Shown: piece after piece, positions 10,457 to 21,113 of the stretch | Position numbering within the stretch: the stretch's first letter is position 1 | Layout: each line of letters opens with the position of its first letter | Assembly (NCBI GenBank): GCA_019057795.1 | Contig: JAHLWS010000071.1 | Coordinates: 32,001 to 96,000 of the forward strand | Source of the DNA: Promethearchaeota archaeon | GTDB taxonomy: Archaea; Asgardarchaeota; Lokiarchaeia; Sigyniarchaeales; SOKP01 | Reading direction: 5' to 3' | Length of the DNA: 64,000 nt | Translations under genes and position numbers: made by a program | Notes under the pieces: generated by a model | Database searches by the model: none | What the model was told of the DNA's origin: nothing | What the model saw: the letters and a program-made list of their open reading frames with translations, nothing else

Positions 10457-11035
10457 TTAAATATAGTTTAGTAAACCTTTTTTTTTCATACTTAATTCTG
10501 CTACGATTATTAACAGTATTCCTATTAAAGCGAGGAGTAATGGAACTAAAATAACTACGAGTAAGTTATTCAAAATAAAATTGGCAAACCATAAAAATAA
10601 ATTTATAATACAATACCCTAAACCACTAAAAATGAAGATTAATTTGTTTTTCTTATAGAGCGATAACGAAAAGTGCCAACAACTAACAAGTAAGAGATTA
10701 GAACTAACAATTAAAGCGAATATTATCATCAAAAATGAACTAAAAAAAACAGCTGTTATGATGAGACTTACATTAATTGTTACTATTATAAATAAGATTT
10801 TCGACGAATTTTTAACGATAAAATCTTGCTCTAATTTTAAGAAAATACTCAGTATAAAAGGAGGGATAGCAATTAAAATAAAGAGTAGATACAAGAGTAA
10901 ATTGTTAAGAATAAAATAATTAAAAGATATTGACAAAACAAGACCTATTAAAATTAATGTAATACCTATTAATCGACAAAGACCTTCCTTTTTCCCTTGA
11001 ATACTCATATTTTTATTAAAATAAAAATTTTCCAA
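10457..11035 (-). CDS. Hypothetical membrane protein (about 6 TM)
   Basis: Hydrophobic 192 aa ORF. Confidence 0.7.
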   Translation of the reverse strand: MENFYFNKNMSIQGKKEGLCRLIGITLILIGLVLSISFNYFILNNLLLYLLFILIAIPPFILSIFLKLEQDFIVKNSSKILFIIVTINVSLIITAVFFSSFLMIIFALIVSSNLLLVSCWHFSLSLYKKNKLIFIFSGLGYCIINLFLWFANFILNNLLVVILVPLLLALIGILLIIVAELSMKKKGLLNYI

Positions 11036-11179
11036 TTAACATTCTGAAATTTAATTTAAACACTAAGAAATTATAAACTTAAATAGAAAAAAAAGTATTT
11101 TGAATTAATACTATAATATTTGAATTCTTATTCAAATAAATCAAAAATAATTAATAATTACAGCAACGAGCTATAAATC

Positions 11180-12550
11180 TTGAATGAAAAAAACATTTTA
11201 AAAGAATTGGAAGATATTGTTGGGAAAGATTTTGCTTCGAATAGTTCGGAAGATTTATATATTTACTCCCAAGATCCGGGAGCATCAATTCCCCGCCCTG
11301 TTGACTTTGTAGTAATGCCAAATACATCTAAGGAAGTCCAAGACATAATGAAACTAGCAAATCGAGAAAAGGTTCCAATAGTTCCAATGGGTGGTGGTTT
11401 AACGTTAAGTGGACTTGTAATTCCCGTTAAAGGAGGCATAGTTATGGATATGAAACGCATGAATAAAATATTAGAAGTTAATGAATTAAGTCGGTTTGCC
11501 CTTGTAGAAGCGGGAGTAACTTCAGGACAACTTTTAGCGTATTTAAATGAAAATCATCCAAGGCTACAACCACCAATTCCAGATGCACCTCCTTCAGTTA
11601 CAATTGCCGGTAATGCGTTAATTCATGGATCTGGTTATTTGTCCCAAAAATTTGGAGATCATGGTGCTATGATTAATGGATTAGAAGTTGTACTCCCTGA
11701 TGGAGAACTATATAAATTAGGTTCTTGTGCGGTTTCAGATTATTGGTTTACGAGAGGACCCATTCCAGATTTTATTGGTTTGTTTATCAGCTCATTTGGT
11801 ACCATGGGTATTATTACAAAACTCTCTATTAAACTATTCCCCAAACCTAAGATGAGAGATATAGTATTTGGCTTATGTAAAGACCCAAGTGTGCTCCCAG
11901 AATTAATTTCAAACATAACATTTACTGATGTAGCCGAAGATATTTTGCTTGGCATTCAAGATAAACCCGATTGGATGAAAGGCTACACATTTGTTATCGT
12001 TTATATCACGGGTGAGTCAGAAGAAGAATTAAATAATAAAACTAAAATCCTTAAAAAGATGTATCGCAAAGGAAAATCAAGATATATGAAAGTTCCAAAA
12101 CGAATTGAAGAGATTTTCCTTGAAAAACCTCAATTTGCGGCTAAAGCAGCAGATTTTAGGAAGGGCGGAGGGTTCGAATATGTTGGAGCTTTTATACCTC
12201 TTCAATTAATTCCAAAGATGATACAAATTGGTACAGATATCTCATTAAAACACGGAATTGTTCCTACTTTGGGCGCTAGACTTATAGGACAAGGTCATTC
12301 TGCGATGTTTTTTATATCCTATTCTTTTAATCGGGCAGATCCAGAAGATATGAAAAACGCGAGAGAGGCATTACACGATACAAATAAAGCTGTGCTTGAA
12401 ATTGGAGGGATTCCGTGGAAGGCAGAATTAATTGGACAGAAATTAATTCTCGAAAAGATGGATCCTAATTACAAGAAACTTCTAAAAAGCATTAAAAATT
12501 TATTAGACCCAAATGGGATTATGAATCCAGGAAATTGGGAGGTTAAATAA
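11180..12550 (+). CDS. FAD-linked oxidase, GlcD/D-lactate dehydrogenase family
   Basis: PxxxxEV, GGGLTLSG, VEAGV, GLEVVLPDG, GTMGIIT, DPNGIMNPG. Confidence 0.9.
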   Translation: MNEKNILKELEDIVGKDFASNSSEDLYIYSQDPGASIPRPVDFVVMPNTSKEVQDIMKLANREKVPIVPMGGGLTLSGLVIPVKGGIVMDMKRMNKILEVNELSRFALVEAGVTSGQLLAYLNENHPRLQPPIPDAPPSVTIAGNALIHGSGYLSQKFGDHGAMINGLEVVLPDGELYKLGSCAVSDYWFTRGPIPDFIGLFISSFGTMGIITKLSIKLFPKPKMRDIVFGLCKDPSVLPELISNITFTDVAEDILLGIQDKPDWMKGYTFVIVYITGESEEELNNKTKILKKMYRKGKSRYMKVPKRIEEIFLEKPQFAAKAADFRKGGGFEYVGAFIPLQLIPKMIQIGTDISLKHGIVPTLGARLIGQGHSAMFFISYSFNRADPEDMKNAREALHDTNKAVLEIGGIPWKAELIGQKLILEKMDPNYKKLLKSIKNLLDPNGIMNPGNWEVK

Positions 12551-13732
12551 ATGACTTTAAAACTCGAACAAGATTGGAAAGATATAGTTCATAGGTGCTT
12601 CAGATGTGGTTATTGTAAATTTACCTATGATTATTCTGATTTTAATTGTCCTAGCTATAAAAAATTCCGATTTGAGACTTATTCCACAGGTGGAAGGTTA
12701 TGGTTAATTTACGGTTTGATAAGTGGTGAAATCTCGTGGAGTCAAGGTGTAGCCAATGTACTTTACGCGTGTTCTACTTGCGGAAATTGTTCTGAAAATT
12801 GTAGGTTTGACAAATTTAACGATCTTCTCGTAGACATCATAGAAGCCGCTCGAGCAGAAGCAGTGGAAAAAGGATTTTGTCCAGAGAAGCAAAAGGTTTT
12901 AATTGAACGCATAGAGAATACTGAGATGTACAACCCATATGGCGAACAAAATTCGAATAACGAGGATTTGAAGAAAGAATACGATTTACCAGATAAAGCA
13001 GAATGGGTTTATTTTATCGGATGTACGTCCAATTATCGCCAAAAGGATTTAAGGGACGCTACTTTGAGATTTTTGAAGAAAGCTAATATCGATTTTACTT
13101 TGATTGACGAACATTGTTGTTGTAGCCCGGTAATGCGAACTGGTCAAATAAATTCTGTTAAAGACTTCATTGGTTTTAATGTTGCTCAAATAAACAATGT
13201 AGGAGCGTCAAAAGTTATCACATCATGTGCGGGCTGTTATCGTACGTTAAAAAAAGATTGGTTAAAATATGGTGCTGACTACGATTTTCAGATATACCAC
13301 ACAGTAGAGTTAGTTAAAGAGCTATTAGACGAAGGAAAACTAAAATTTAAATCAGAATATAACAAAACAGTAACTTATCACGACCCCTGCCACCTTGGAA
13401 GACATATGGATATCTACGAAGTTCCAAGAGAAGTATACAAACAGATTCCAGGAATTAAACTTGTAGAAATGAAAAGAAATCGAGAAAACGCTTGGTGTTG
13501 CGGCGCTGGAGGTGGCGTAAAAATAGGTTATCCCGAGTGGTCAGTTGAGATTTCAAAAGAAAGGCTTGAGGAGGCAAATACGACGGGAGCATCCGTTATA
13601 TCGTCAGTATGTCCCTTTTGTAGGACGAATTTGAGCGATGCAAACGATAAATTTGGTATGAATTTTGAAGTTATCGACTTGATTGAGATAATAGATAAAT
13701 TAGACTTCGAAATTACTGATACAAAACATTAA
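12551..13732 (+). CDS. Fe-S oxidoreductase with CCG domains (GlcF/HdrD-like)
   Basis: CxxCxxC clusters, YHDPCHLGR, CCGAGGG, CPFC; abuts the FAD oxidase gene. Confidence 0.9.
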   Translation: MTLKLEQDWKDIVHRCFRCGYCKFTYDYSDFNCPSYKKFRFETYSTGGRLWLIYGLISGEISWSQGVANVLYACSTCGNCSENCRFDKFNDLLVDIIEAARAEAVEKGFCPEKQKVLIERIENTEMYNPYGEQNSNNEDLKKEYDLPDKAEWVYFIGCTSNYRQKDLRDATLRFLKKANIDFTLIDEHCCCSPVMRTGQINSVKDFIGFNVAQINNVGASKVITSCAGCYRTLKKDWLKYGADYDFQIYHTVELVKELLDEGKLKFKSEYNKTVTYHDPCHLGRHMDIYEVPREVYKQIPGIKLVEMKRNRENAWCCGAGGGVKIGYPEWSVEISKERLEEANTTGASVISSVCPFCRTNLSDANDKFGMNFEVIDLIEIIDKLDFEITDTKH

Positions 13733-13830
13733 TAAAAGAATTTATTACCTATTTTTGTTTTAAAATTTTCATTAGTTTTTAGTTAGTTTTATAAATAAAT
13801 TACTTAATTAAGCAAAATTAATTTGTAAGT

Positions 13831-14706
13831 GTGATTGGAATGAGGTTAGGTGCTCACATGAGCGTTACTGGAGGTAAGTATATGGCCTTTGAAAGGGGAA
13901 AAGAGCTGAGGTGCGAAACTATTCAAGTATTTATAAGAAGTGTGCGCTCTTGGGCTGCAAAACCTTTAATACAAAGCGACATTGATGATTTTCTTAAAAA
14001 AAAGGAAGAATTGAAAGAAGAAATTTGGCCTGTAATTAGTCACAATAGTTACCTAATAAATTTAGCAAGTATCGATAAAGAAAAATTGGAAAAATCTTAT
14101 AATGCTATGCTAGATGAGCTTATTAAAGTTGATCAACTCGGTATTGAATACGGAAACATGCATCCTGGAGTCATTCCCATAAGCGTTAAAGATGAGATCT
14201 CCAAAAAAGAAGCGTTAGTTCAGATAGCTAATCAATTAAACAAATTAATAGATGAAACTAAAGGTTCAAAATATATAATTTTGTTGGAAACTACCGCTGG
14301 GCAAGGAAAGGGCTTAGGCAATAAATTTCATCACTTAGCTACGATTATAGGTAAAATAAAAGATAAAAATAGAATTGGAGTTTGTTTTGATACAGCCCAT
14401 TCATTTGCAGCAGGCTACGACTTTACTACCAAGAAAAAATATGATGAAATGTGGAGTGAGTTTGACGACATTATTGGATTGAAGTATCTATTTGCTTTTC
14501 ATTTGAATGACACTGAAAAAGATTTAGGTTCTAGAGTTGATCGTCATACTCACATAGGACAAGGAAAAATCGGCAAGGAACCCTTTGGATTCTTGTTAAA
14601 TGATGATAGATTTAGAGACCACCCGGGAATTATAGAGACGCCAAAAGGGAAAGATATGAAAGAAGATTTAATGAATCTTGCTACTCTTAGATCTCTGATA
14701 AAATAA
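13831..14706 (+). CDS. nfo: Endonuclease IV
   Basis: GAHMS, HxSYLINL, LETTAGQG, CFDTAHSFAAGYD, HLND, DRHxHIGxG, ETP. Confidence 0.95.
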   Translation: MIGMRLGAHMSVTGGKYMAFERGKELRCETIQVFIRSVRSWAAKPLIQSDIDDFLKKKEELKEEIWPVISHNSYLINLASIDKEKLEKSYNAMLDELIKVDQLGIEYGNMHPGVIPISVKDEISKKEALVQIANQLNKLIDETKGSKYIILLETTAGQGKGLGNKFHHLATIIGKIKDKNRIGVCFDTAHSFAAGYDFTTKKKYDEMWSEFDDIIGLKYLFAFHLNDTEKDLGSRVDRHTHIGQGKIGKEPFGFLLNDDRFRDHPGIIETPKGKDMKEDLMNLATLRSLIK

Positions 14707-14975
14707 TTCATTAAATTAATTAAAATTAACATTTTAAGAAATTAATTTTTCTTTTTGACAAGAATGTTTAAATATTTCTTTTTAATTATTATCCCGATAA
14801 GGAAATGGTACCCCCAAAAGATTTTTACGCTCTTATGATAAAAATTATGATGAAAAAAGAGGATTTTTGGGCTCTATGAAAATGATGGGTAAAATGCTTT
14901 TAAAGAAGCAAATTTAAAGCTATGTGCCTAAGTTTCTAATATTTCTAATTAAAATCTTTTTTTTTACTATATTAA

Positions 14976-15383
14976 TTAATCAAGAACATTAAACCATACA
15001 GGACTTTTATCATCAACTAGACCATTATAATTTACTGTGAGTTCCTCCCCTTCTTTAATCTCTCTAATAGCAGAGAACTCTATTGCTTTGTTCTTATAAT
15101 CGTATAAATATTTGATATTAGGTTCATAGGAGTGATTAATGAACTGGGATATACTGAGCGTTATAGCATTTTTAAATTCAGGTTTGTGCTTTGGATCTTC
15201 CCAAATATAGATATAATCAAAAAGCACTGTTTTCTTTATTTTCCTATAATCATTGTTTGGAATTAAAATTACATTTGCTACATCAATTACAGTTTTTTTT
15301 TTAATATCTTTCTTAGCAAACGCGCCCTTTCCTTTCCCTTTTGAGATGCGTCTTATCTTAATATATTCGTTCATAAAAAACAC
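14976..15383 (-). CDS. SET-domain protein (putative lysine methyltransferase)
   Basis: KGxGxFA, FINHSYEPN, GEELTVNY motifs. Confidence 0.9.
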   Translation of the reverse strand: MFFMNEYIKIRRISKGKGKGAFAKKDIKKKTVIDVANVILIPNNDYRKIKKTVLFDYIYIWEDPKHKPEFKNAITLSISQFINHSYEPNIKYLYDYKNKAIEFSAIREIKEGEELTVNYNGLVDDKSPVWFNVLD

Positions 15384-15392
15384 TAATAAAAT

Positions 15393-15980
15393 TTATTCAA
15401 TCGAAGCATGACGTTTATCGATATCTTTTTCAGTGACTCCTAATAAATCCATTAATGTGGCTCCAATTGAATCTAATATGGTTAGCGTTGAGATATCGAA
15501 TAGAGTCGTGTAAGGTGCAAGTGTTTCCTGAGAAGTCGCCTTATCCTTACTTTTACCATCAATTTTAATTATTAAGTCCGATAATTTTCCTATAGTACTC
15601 TCTGGATTACCTGTTAATAAAGCAATTTTCCCTCCTATTTCCTTTGCTTTTCGCGCTATAGCGACGGGAGAGGTGGTTTCACCGCTTCCACTTATTAAAA
15701 TAAGCAAATCCTCTTTACTATAACGATGAGTAATCGCATCGGAGACGAAACAAGAATTAAATCCTAAATGCATTAATCTTTGAGCAAAGCAACGCCCTAT
15801 AAAGCCAGAGCGTCCAGCTCCATAAACAAAAATCGTTCCTTCGTTAGAATTAACTTGAGAAATCAAATCAATTAATTTTAAAACATGTGTAGTGTTAATT
15901 GTTTTAGAATTTTTTATAATCTGATTTGCTATTTCAAGAATTGTATTTAAAAAACTTTCGCGCCCTTTATCGTAATTCAT
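15393..15980 (-). CDS. hxlB: 6-phospho-3-hexuloisomerase (SIS domain)
   Basis: GAGRSG, FAQRLMHLG, SGSGET, C-terminal RHASIE; start moved to ATG at 15980, which follows a GGGGTG SD. Confidence 0.85.
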   Translation of the reverse strand: MNYDKGRESFLNTILEIANQIIKNSKTINTTHVLKLIDLISQVNSNEGTIFVYGAGRSGFIGRCFAQRLMHLGFNSCFVSDAITHRYSKEDLLILISGSGETTSPVAIARKAKEIGGKIALLTGNPESTIGKLSDLIIKIDGKSKDKATSQETLAPYTTLFDISTLTILDSIGATLMDLLGVTEKDIDKRHASIE

Positions 15981-15994
15981 ATTTTCACCCCACT

Positions 15995-17263
15995 TTATCC
16001 TCCTTTCGTAAATCCTGGGCGTACACATCTTCTCCATTGATCTACGCTCTCTTTAGGTCCTAAACCTATTAGTAGATCACCTTCTTCGAAAACAAAATCT
16101 GATTTGAAACTATATATCCATTTGTCTTTTCTTTTTAGAGCAATAATATGGAACCCTCGTTTATATCGTTGCTCTTGTAATTCATTGTAAGTTTTGTTTT
16201 TAAAGTAAGAATCTGCAGATAATGTTTCTCGAACTACAACCTCAGATGTTTCTTCAATTGCTTTCTGGATAATTACATGAGGTTCAAACCCTTCTAAGAT
16301 TGTTTCAGCTAAATGAGCCGCAGCATCAGCTATTAATTCGCATGAAAAAACAATACGCATAATTCCCGTCAGATCTCTTGGATTATCAACTAAATGCGCA
16401 AACTCTAGAAGATTCTTCTCGAAATTTATATTAAGTCCGTCCATTAAGGCTTCCATTTCGATTACATCTTCTGCTACTTCATAGCTGTTAAAGAACAATG
16501 CTGCGAGTGCCAATTCTATCATTGTTTCAGAAATGTCTGTTATCATTACATAATCTTTTTTAAGTTCTTGAATCTCCTCAAATATTTCAGGGTTTTTGAG
16601 ATCGAATTCAGGTTCTTTTTCTTCATCATCAAATTGGAAAGAGATCTCACTCTCGTCAAGAGTTAGATTCTTTAATTCATTAAGTAATTCAAGCTCGCCT
16701 TTAATAATTAAGATATCTTCTTTCTCAATTATGTTATTCTTATCAAACAACCAATTATCGTTTCTTTTTATTGCAATTAAGTCGACTCCATATTGTGATC
16801 TAAAATGCACATCTTGACGATTAATTCCTATGAGTTTGCAATCCTCTTTGACACATATTTTTACTATTGGTTCAGGAACTTCGTCCCAAAAGAGTTGCGT
16901 AAAGTCAGATATATCGCTATTTATATAAACAACGCGGGCAATATCCGCAAGGGCGTCCGAAATCTTGTCAATTGAATAACCCATTACAACAATTGGCTCT
17001 AATCTCTTGGCTTCTTTAAAACCCCCAGTTTGTGTTTGAGTAATTTGTAAATTCAACAGAAAAGTTAACTCGTGGATACGCTTTTCAATTTTAGTAGTTT
17101 CGTCCGCTATCTCTTTACTACCAAATTTTATCGCGCTATAGGCGAGATCAATCATTAAATCAATTTTTTGTTTCATTTCTCTCAAAATATCTTTTAGAGA
17201 TATAGGTTGGTATTGAAATTCTTTCTTTTTTCTTTTTTCATGCAGTTTAATTGAATTTCTCAC
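15995..17263 (-). CDS. Tandem PhoU + TrkA-C (RCK_C) domain protein
   Basis: Two repeats of MIDLAYSA/MIELALAA helical unit followed by IAIKR..W / IALKR..W RCK_C domains. Confidence 0.8.
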   Translation of the reverse strand: MRNSIKLHEKRKKKEFQYQPISLKDILREMKQKIDLMIDLAYSAIKFGSKEIADETTKIEKRIHELTFLLNLQITQTQTGGFKEAKRLEPIVVMGYSIDKISDALADIARVVYINSDISDFTQLFWDEVPEPIVKICVKEDCKLIGINRQDVHFRSQYGVDLIAIKRNDNWLFDKNNIIEKEDILIIKGELELLNELKNLTLDESEISFQFDDEEKEPEFDLKNPEIFEEIQELKKDYVMITDISETMIELALAALFFNSYEVAEDVIEMEALMDGLNINFEKNLLEFAHLVDNPRDLTGIMRIVFSCELIADAAAHLAETILEGFEPHVIIQKAIEETSEVVVRETLSADSYFKNKTYNELQEQRYKRGFHIIALKRKDKWIYSFKSDFVFEEGDLLIGLGPKESVDQWRRCVRPGFTKGG

Positions 17264-17279
17264 TCTCGTTTTTAGGTAT

Positions 17280-17831
17280 TTAAATAAATATTTGGATTAA
17301 AACTAGAATAAATAAAGGTGTTAGAAAATCTGCTAAAGATGTAACCATGGGAATTAAAAAATTATTGGGATCTTTACCTTTCTTAAATATGAATATAGAA
17401 CTAATAAATAATAGCACAAACATCAAGCCAAAAAGAATCAAAATAGTAATAATTATAATTGATATTATCAATAACGGATTAACAATTTCTATTCCAGTTG
17501 CACTTCCAATTAAGTATCCTAAGCTTATTAATGCAACTAGGCTTAATAAAATTGTCATAAGTAACCCATAAAAATCTTGCTTTAATCTATCAGAAACTTG
17601 TATTTTTGGAGATAGGGTTCCTAAATATAGGTGTGAAGTAAGACGCGAAATTAAAACCGTTGAAATATCACCAATTAAAGAATTTAAAGAAGGTAAAACT
17701 AATAAAATGATTGGAAAGGTATACAAAATCTCTTCATTATTGGATAAAAGCGTACCTGAAAAAAGACCCATTATAGAACTAATAATAACGATTATTATAG
17801 ATTCCTTAAAGATCTTTTTGAAGTAATCCAA
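17280..17831 (-). CDS. MgtE-type integral membrane domain protein
   Basis: SRLTSHLYLG and DPNNFLIPMVTSLAD motifs. Confidence 0.82.
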   Translation of the reverse strand: MDYFKKIFKESIIIVIISSIMGLFSGTLLSNNEEILYTFPIILLVLPSLNSLIGDISTVLISRLTSHLYLGTLSPKIQVSDRLKQDFYGLLMTILLSLVALISLGYLIGSATGIEIVNPLLIISIIIITILILFGLMFVLLFISSIFIFKKGKDPNNFLIPMVTSLADFLTPLFILVLIQIFI

Positions 17832-17834
17832 AAA

Positions 17835-18389
17835 TTACGGCACCCCCAGTAAAATAATTGTTAAATAGAAGCTAATGACAGTAATAAAATCATCAACGGC
17901 TGTCATTATTGGATTCACAATGTTATTTGGGTCTAAACCGCGCTTAAACGCGAAGAGATTTAAGGCAGTAGAACAAGGAATTGAAACTGTTAATGTCAAT
18001 AGAATTGAAATTATTGGTATAACAATTAACAAACCAATATGAAAAATAAAGAGTCTAATTAAAAAGAGATTTAAAATAATACTTAGAATTCCAATTGCTA
18101 TCGCAGTTATTAAGGCTAGTACATATGTTGCTAATATGTTTTCAAACCACGATTTCAAATTAAATTCCCCAATAATTAAATCTCTCGAAGTCCTTGCTAT
18201 AAAGGGACCGCTTAAATTTCCCCTTAGCGAAAGCAAAGCAGGTATAATTAGAATAAGTATTAGAAAGCTCTCAAAAGAGACTATTGAAATAGAAAGAATG
18301 ATTCCCGCGAAGATATCTCCCACAATTGAAACCATCTCAGATGGAAAAGTTTCTTTAACGATTTTACCTTTTGTATCTCGAGCTTCCAT
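17835..18389 (-). CDS. MgtE-type integral membrane domain protein
   Basis: IPALLSLRGN and GLDPNNIVNPIMTAVDD motifs. Confidence 0.82.
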   Translation of the reverse strand: MEARDTKGKIVKETFPSEMVSIVGDIFAGIILSISIVSFESFLILILIIPALLSLRGNLSGPFIARTSRDLIIGEFNLKSWFENILATYVLALITAIAIGILSIILNLFLIRLFIFHIGLLIVIPIISILLTLTVSIPCSTALNLFAFKRGLDPNNIVNPIMTAVDDFITVISFYLTIILLGVP

Positions 18390-18631
18390 ATGTCATCATC
18401 GTCCTCAGATGAATTTAAAGATAAATTTTCATTCATATTCTTAATAATTAATTAAGATTCAAAAATATTTAAAATTTTTTAAATAATTCTTTAAAATTTA
18501 TTTGAATATAAAAATCTAAATAAAGAATTTAATCAATTTAGTAAAGAAATATATAATTCTGACTTTTAAAAATAGAAAATTAGTTGCAACTAAATGATTA
18601 AAAATAAATAAATATTAAACTCAATGTTTTG

Positions 18632-20155
18632 TTAAATTAATTCTAAAAAATTAGGGTCGATTGTGTTAAGGGCAGACTCAATTTCTTTCTTCACTTTCCA
18701 ATCGTCGTCCCATAGCAACTTAGCTAACCATTTTAAAGCTTCTTTATCTCCTATTTGACCTAAAGTTTTTGCTGCTGCAATCCGCATCTTAGGGTCTTTG
18801 TCTTTTAATAGCGTTACAAAGGGAGTTATATCGCTAATATTTTCTAGTTTTCCTAACGACATCGCTACCCAACTTCGAATAAATATGTCTTTATCCCCCA
18901 TCAATCCAATTAAAGATTCGGTAGACTTATCATCACCAATTTTAATTAAAAGTTTAACTGCTGCTCTTCTTGTTTTCCAGTTTAAATCGTTTGTTAAATT
19001 TTTTGCGCTTTCAATTACATTTTCGCTCCCAAACCTTGATAATGCTTCAATTGCTGCATCCCTTACCTTACTATCATCATCACTTAATAAAGCAAAAAGT
19101 GCGTTGATTAAATTTTCATCCCCAATTTCTCCGATAACTCTTGCGCATAAACTCTTAATTTTCCATTCTTTCGCGTTCAAACCCTCGACTATTTGAGTTG
19201 GAACCGTATCTTTAAAAATATTTAGTATTGCTTTATACGCTAACTTTCTCAATTTTGAATCTTTACTGTTAAATATTCTTATAAGATAATCGACAGAATT
19301 TTTATCCTCTAATAAGCTCAACAATTTTATCGCTTCTCTTCTAGAAATAATATTTCGTCCGTTTAAAATTTCGTAGATTTTATCGTATGGCGGTTGATTT
19401 GAAAGAATAGAGAACAAGGTTCCAACAGATGACTTTCGAATTTCAGGATTTTTTTCTTTTAAAAATTTAATTAAATAAGGAATAGCCCTTTTACTTTTTA
19501 TAGTGCCTATAGCTTTGATTGCTGATTTTTTTACATGTAAATCCTCGTCGCTTAAAGCGTTCAGAATAAACTTTGCTTCTTTTAATTGAATTAGTTTTTC
19601 TAACCCTTTAACTGAATTCTTACGAATTAATGGGTCTTCGTGGGTTATTAATTGTTTTAATCTCTCAATGCACTCTCTACTGCCAATCTTTCCTAATATG
19701 TAAGGGATTGATCTTTTAACATGAATATTTCCTTTGTTTATATAATCGAATATTATATCTAAAGCCCCTTCTTTCCCAATTCTTATAATAGAAGCAAGAA
19801 CAAATCCCTTAATCTCTAGGGAGGGATTCTGGAGCATGTTTAACAAAGGTATTAAGGCTATGGACGCTTTTGCTTTACCTAATGCTATCACAGATGCTTT
19901 TCTTGATTCAATATTATTGTCTGTAAGAGCTTTGATTAGGATTTGGATGGAAATGTCGTTTATGTTTTTCCCGGCAACATCGATTATTTTTTTTCTTACT
20001 TTTCCATCGCTTTCGCTTTTATACTGAGACAAGAGAAATTCTAGCCATCCATTTTCAAAATGCAGAGCCACTGATTCGATTAATTGTATTTTTTTCAGGG
20101 GAACTGTCTCTTTTAGATATGAATTTTTAAGTTCTTGGAAACTCATAAATAGCAA
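18632..20155 (-). CDS. HEAT-repeat (PBS-lyase-like) protein
   Basis: Many LxDxxxxVRxxAxxALGxI repeats. Confidence 0.88.
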   Translation of the reverse strand: MLFMSFQELKNSYLKETVPLKKIQLIESVALHFENGWLEFLLSQYKSESDGKVRKKIIDVAGKNINDISIQILIKALTDNNIESRKASVIALGKAKASIALIPLLNMLQNPSLEIKGFVLASIIRIGKEGALDIIFDYINKGNIHVKRSIPYILGKIGSRECIERLKQLITHEDPLIRKNSVKGLEKLIQLKEAKFILNALSDEDLHVKKSAIKAIGTIKSKRAIPYLIKFLKEKNPEIRKSSVGTLFSILSNQPPYDKIYEILNGRNIISRREAIKLLSLLEDKNSVDYLIRIFNSKDSKLRKLAYKAILNIFKDTVPTQIVEGLNAKEWKIKSLCARVIGEIGDENLINALFALLSDDDSKVRDAAIEALSRFGSENVIESAKNLTNDLNWKTRRAAVKLLIKIGDDKSTESLIGLMGDKDIFIRSWVAMSLGKLENISDITPFVTLLKDKDPKMRIAAAKTLGQIGDKEALKWLAKLLWDDDWKVKKEIESALNTIDPNFLELI

Positions 20156-20307
20156 CTCCTAATTTATTTATCTAAAGTTTAACTATTTTTATAAAAAAGT
20201 CTAAATGGATTATAGGTTATGGCTTTTTAATATTAATGAAATAGAAAAGTTTGTTCAATCTTTAAGTATAATAAATAAATTCAAATTTTTCTTTATTATT
20301 AGTATCT

Positions 20308-21015
20308 ATGAAATTCGTTCCGTATGAATCAAGAATCAAAGCTGGAGAAATATTAGCTGATTTTATTTTAGAGAAGGATACAACGCTTTACAACCTCATA
20401 AACGAAAAGCCTGACAGTTTTATATCGTTTGCTATACCAAACGGAGGCGTTCCTGTAGTCGAAGGATTTTGCAGTAAATTAAAAATAAATTACGATTTAA
20501 TAATTGTTCGAAAAATTAAAATTCCGTATAATACCGAAGCAGGATTTGGCTCGGTTACACCAGATGGAACCGTTTTAATAAACGATGATTTGTTGTATCA
20601 ATTAAACCTTTCAGAGAAACAAGTAAAATACGCAATCGAAATAACGCAAAAAGAAATTGAAGACCGTATGGTGTTTTATAAAAAGAATTACAATTTAGAA
20701 GAAAAATACATAAACCTGATTAAAAATAAAATTATTTTCATGGTTGACGATGGGCTAGCCTCTGGTTTTACGATGTTAGCTGCTATCAAAATGGTAAAGA
20801 AATATAATCCTAAAAAAATAGTTGTAAGCGTTCCTACAGCGCCTTTACACACGATTCAACGTATTGAAAACGTAGAAGTTAAAATTTTTTGCCCAAATAT
20901 AAGAAACATGATGTGGTTTGCAGTTGCCGACGCTTATAAACACTGGTATGATGTTTCTGAATCTGAAGTTCTCAAAGTTCTTAAAGAATCAAAATTTTAT
21001 TTAGAAAATATTTAA
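20308..21015 (+). CDS. Type I phosphoribosyltransferase-family protein
   Basis: AIPNGGVPV, VRKI, VDDGLASGFT PRPP-binding motif. Confidence 0.88.
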   Translation: MKFVPYESRIKAGEILADFILEKDTTLYNLINEKPDSFISFAIPNGGVPVVEGFCSKLKINYDLIIVRKIKIPYNTEAGFGSVTPDGTVLINDDLLYQLNLSEKQVKYAIEITQKEIEDRMVFYKKNYNLEEKYINLIKNKIIFMVDDGLASGFTMLAAIKMVKKYNPKKIVVSVPTAPLHTIQRIENVEVKIFCPNIRNMMWFAVADAYKHWYDVSESEVLKVLKESKFYLENI

Positions 21016-21113
21016 CCTTTTTGGTTTAATTGATTAAAACTAACTGAATGATTCTAAGGGATTTTATTATATTAGTATAGAAGTTATAAATGTAAAGTAA
21101 AAAAAATAAAGAT

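Noticed and set aside
14846-14930. C/D box sRNA
   Set aside because: A box C-like ATGATGA is present but there is no proper terminal CTGA box D, so it is not called as a feature
15981-16037. N-terminal extension of hxlB in the ORF track
   Set aside because: It overlaps the upstream gene; the SD supports the ATG at 15980
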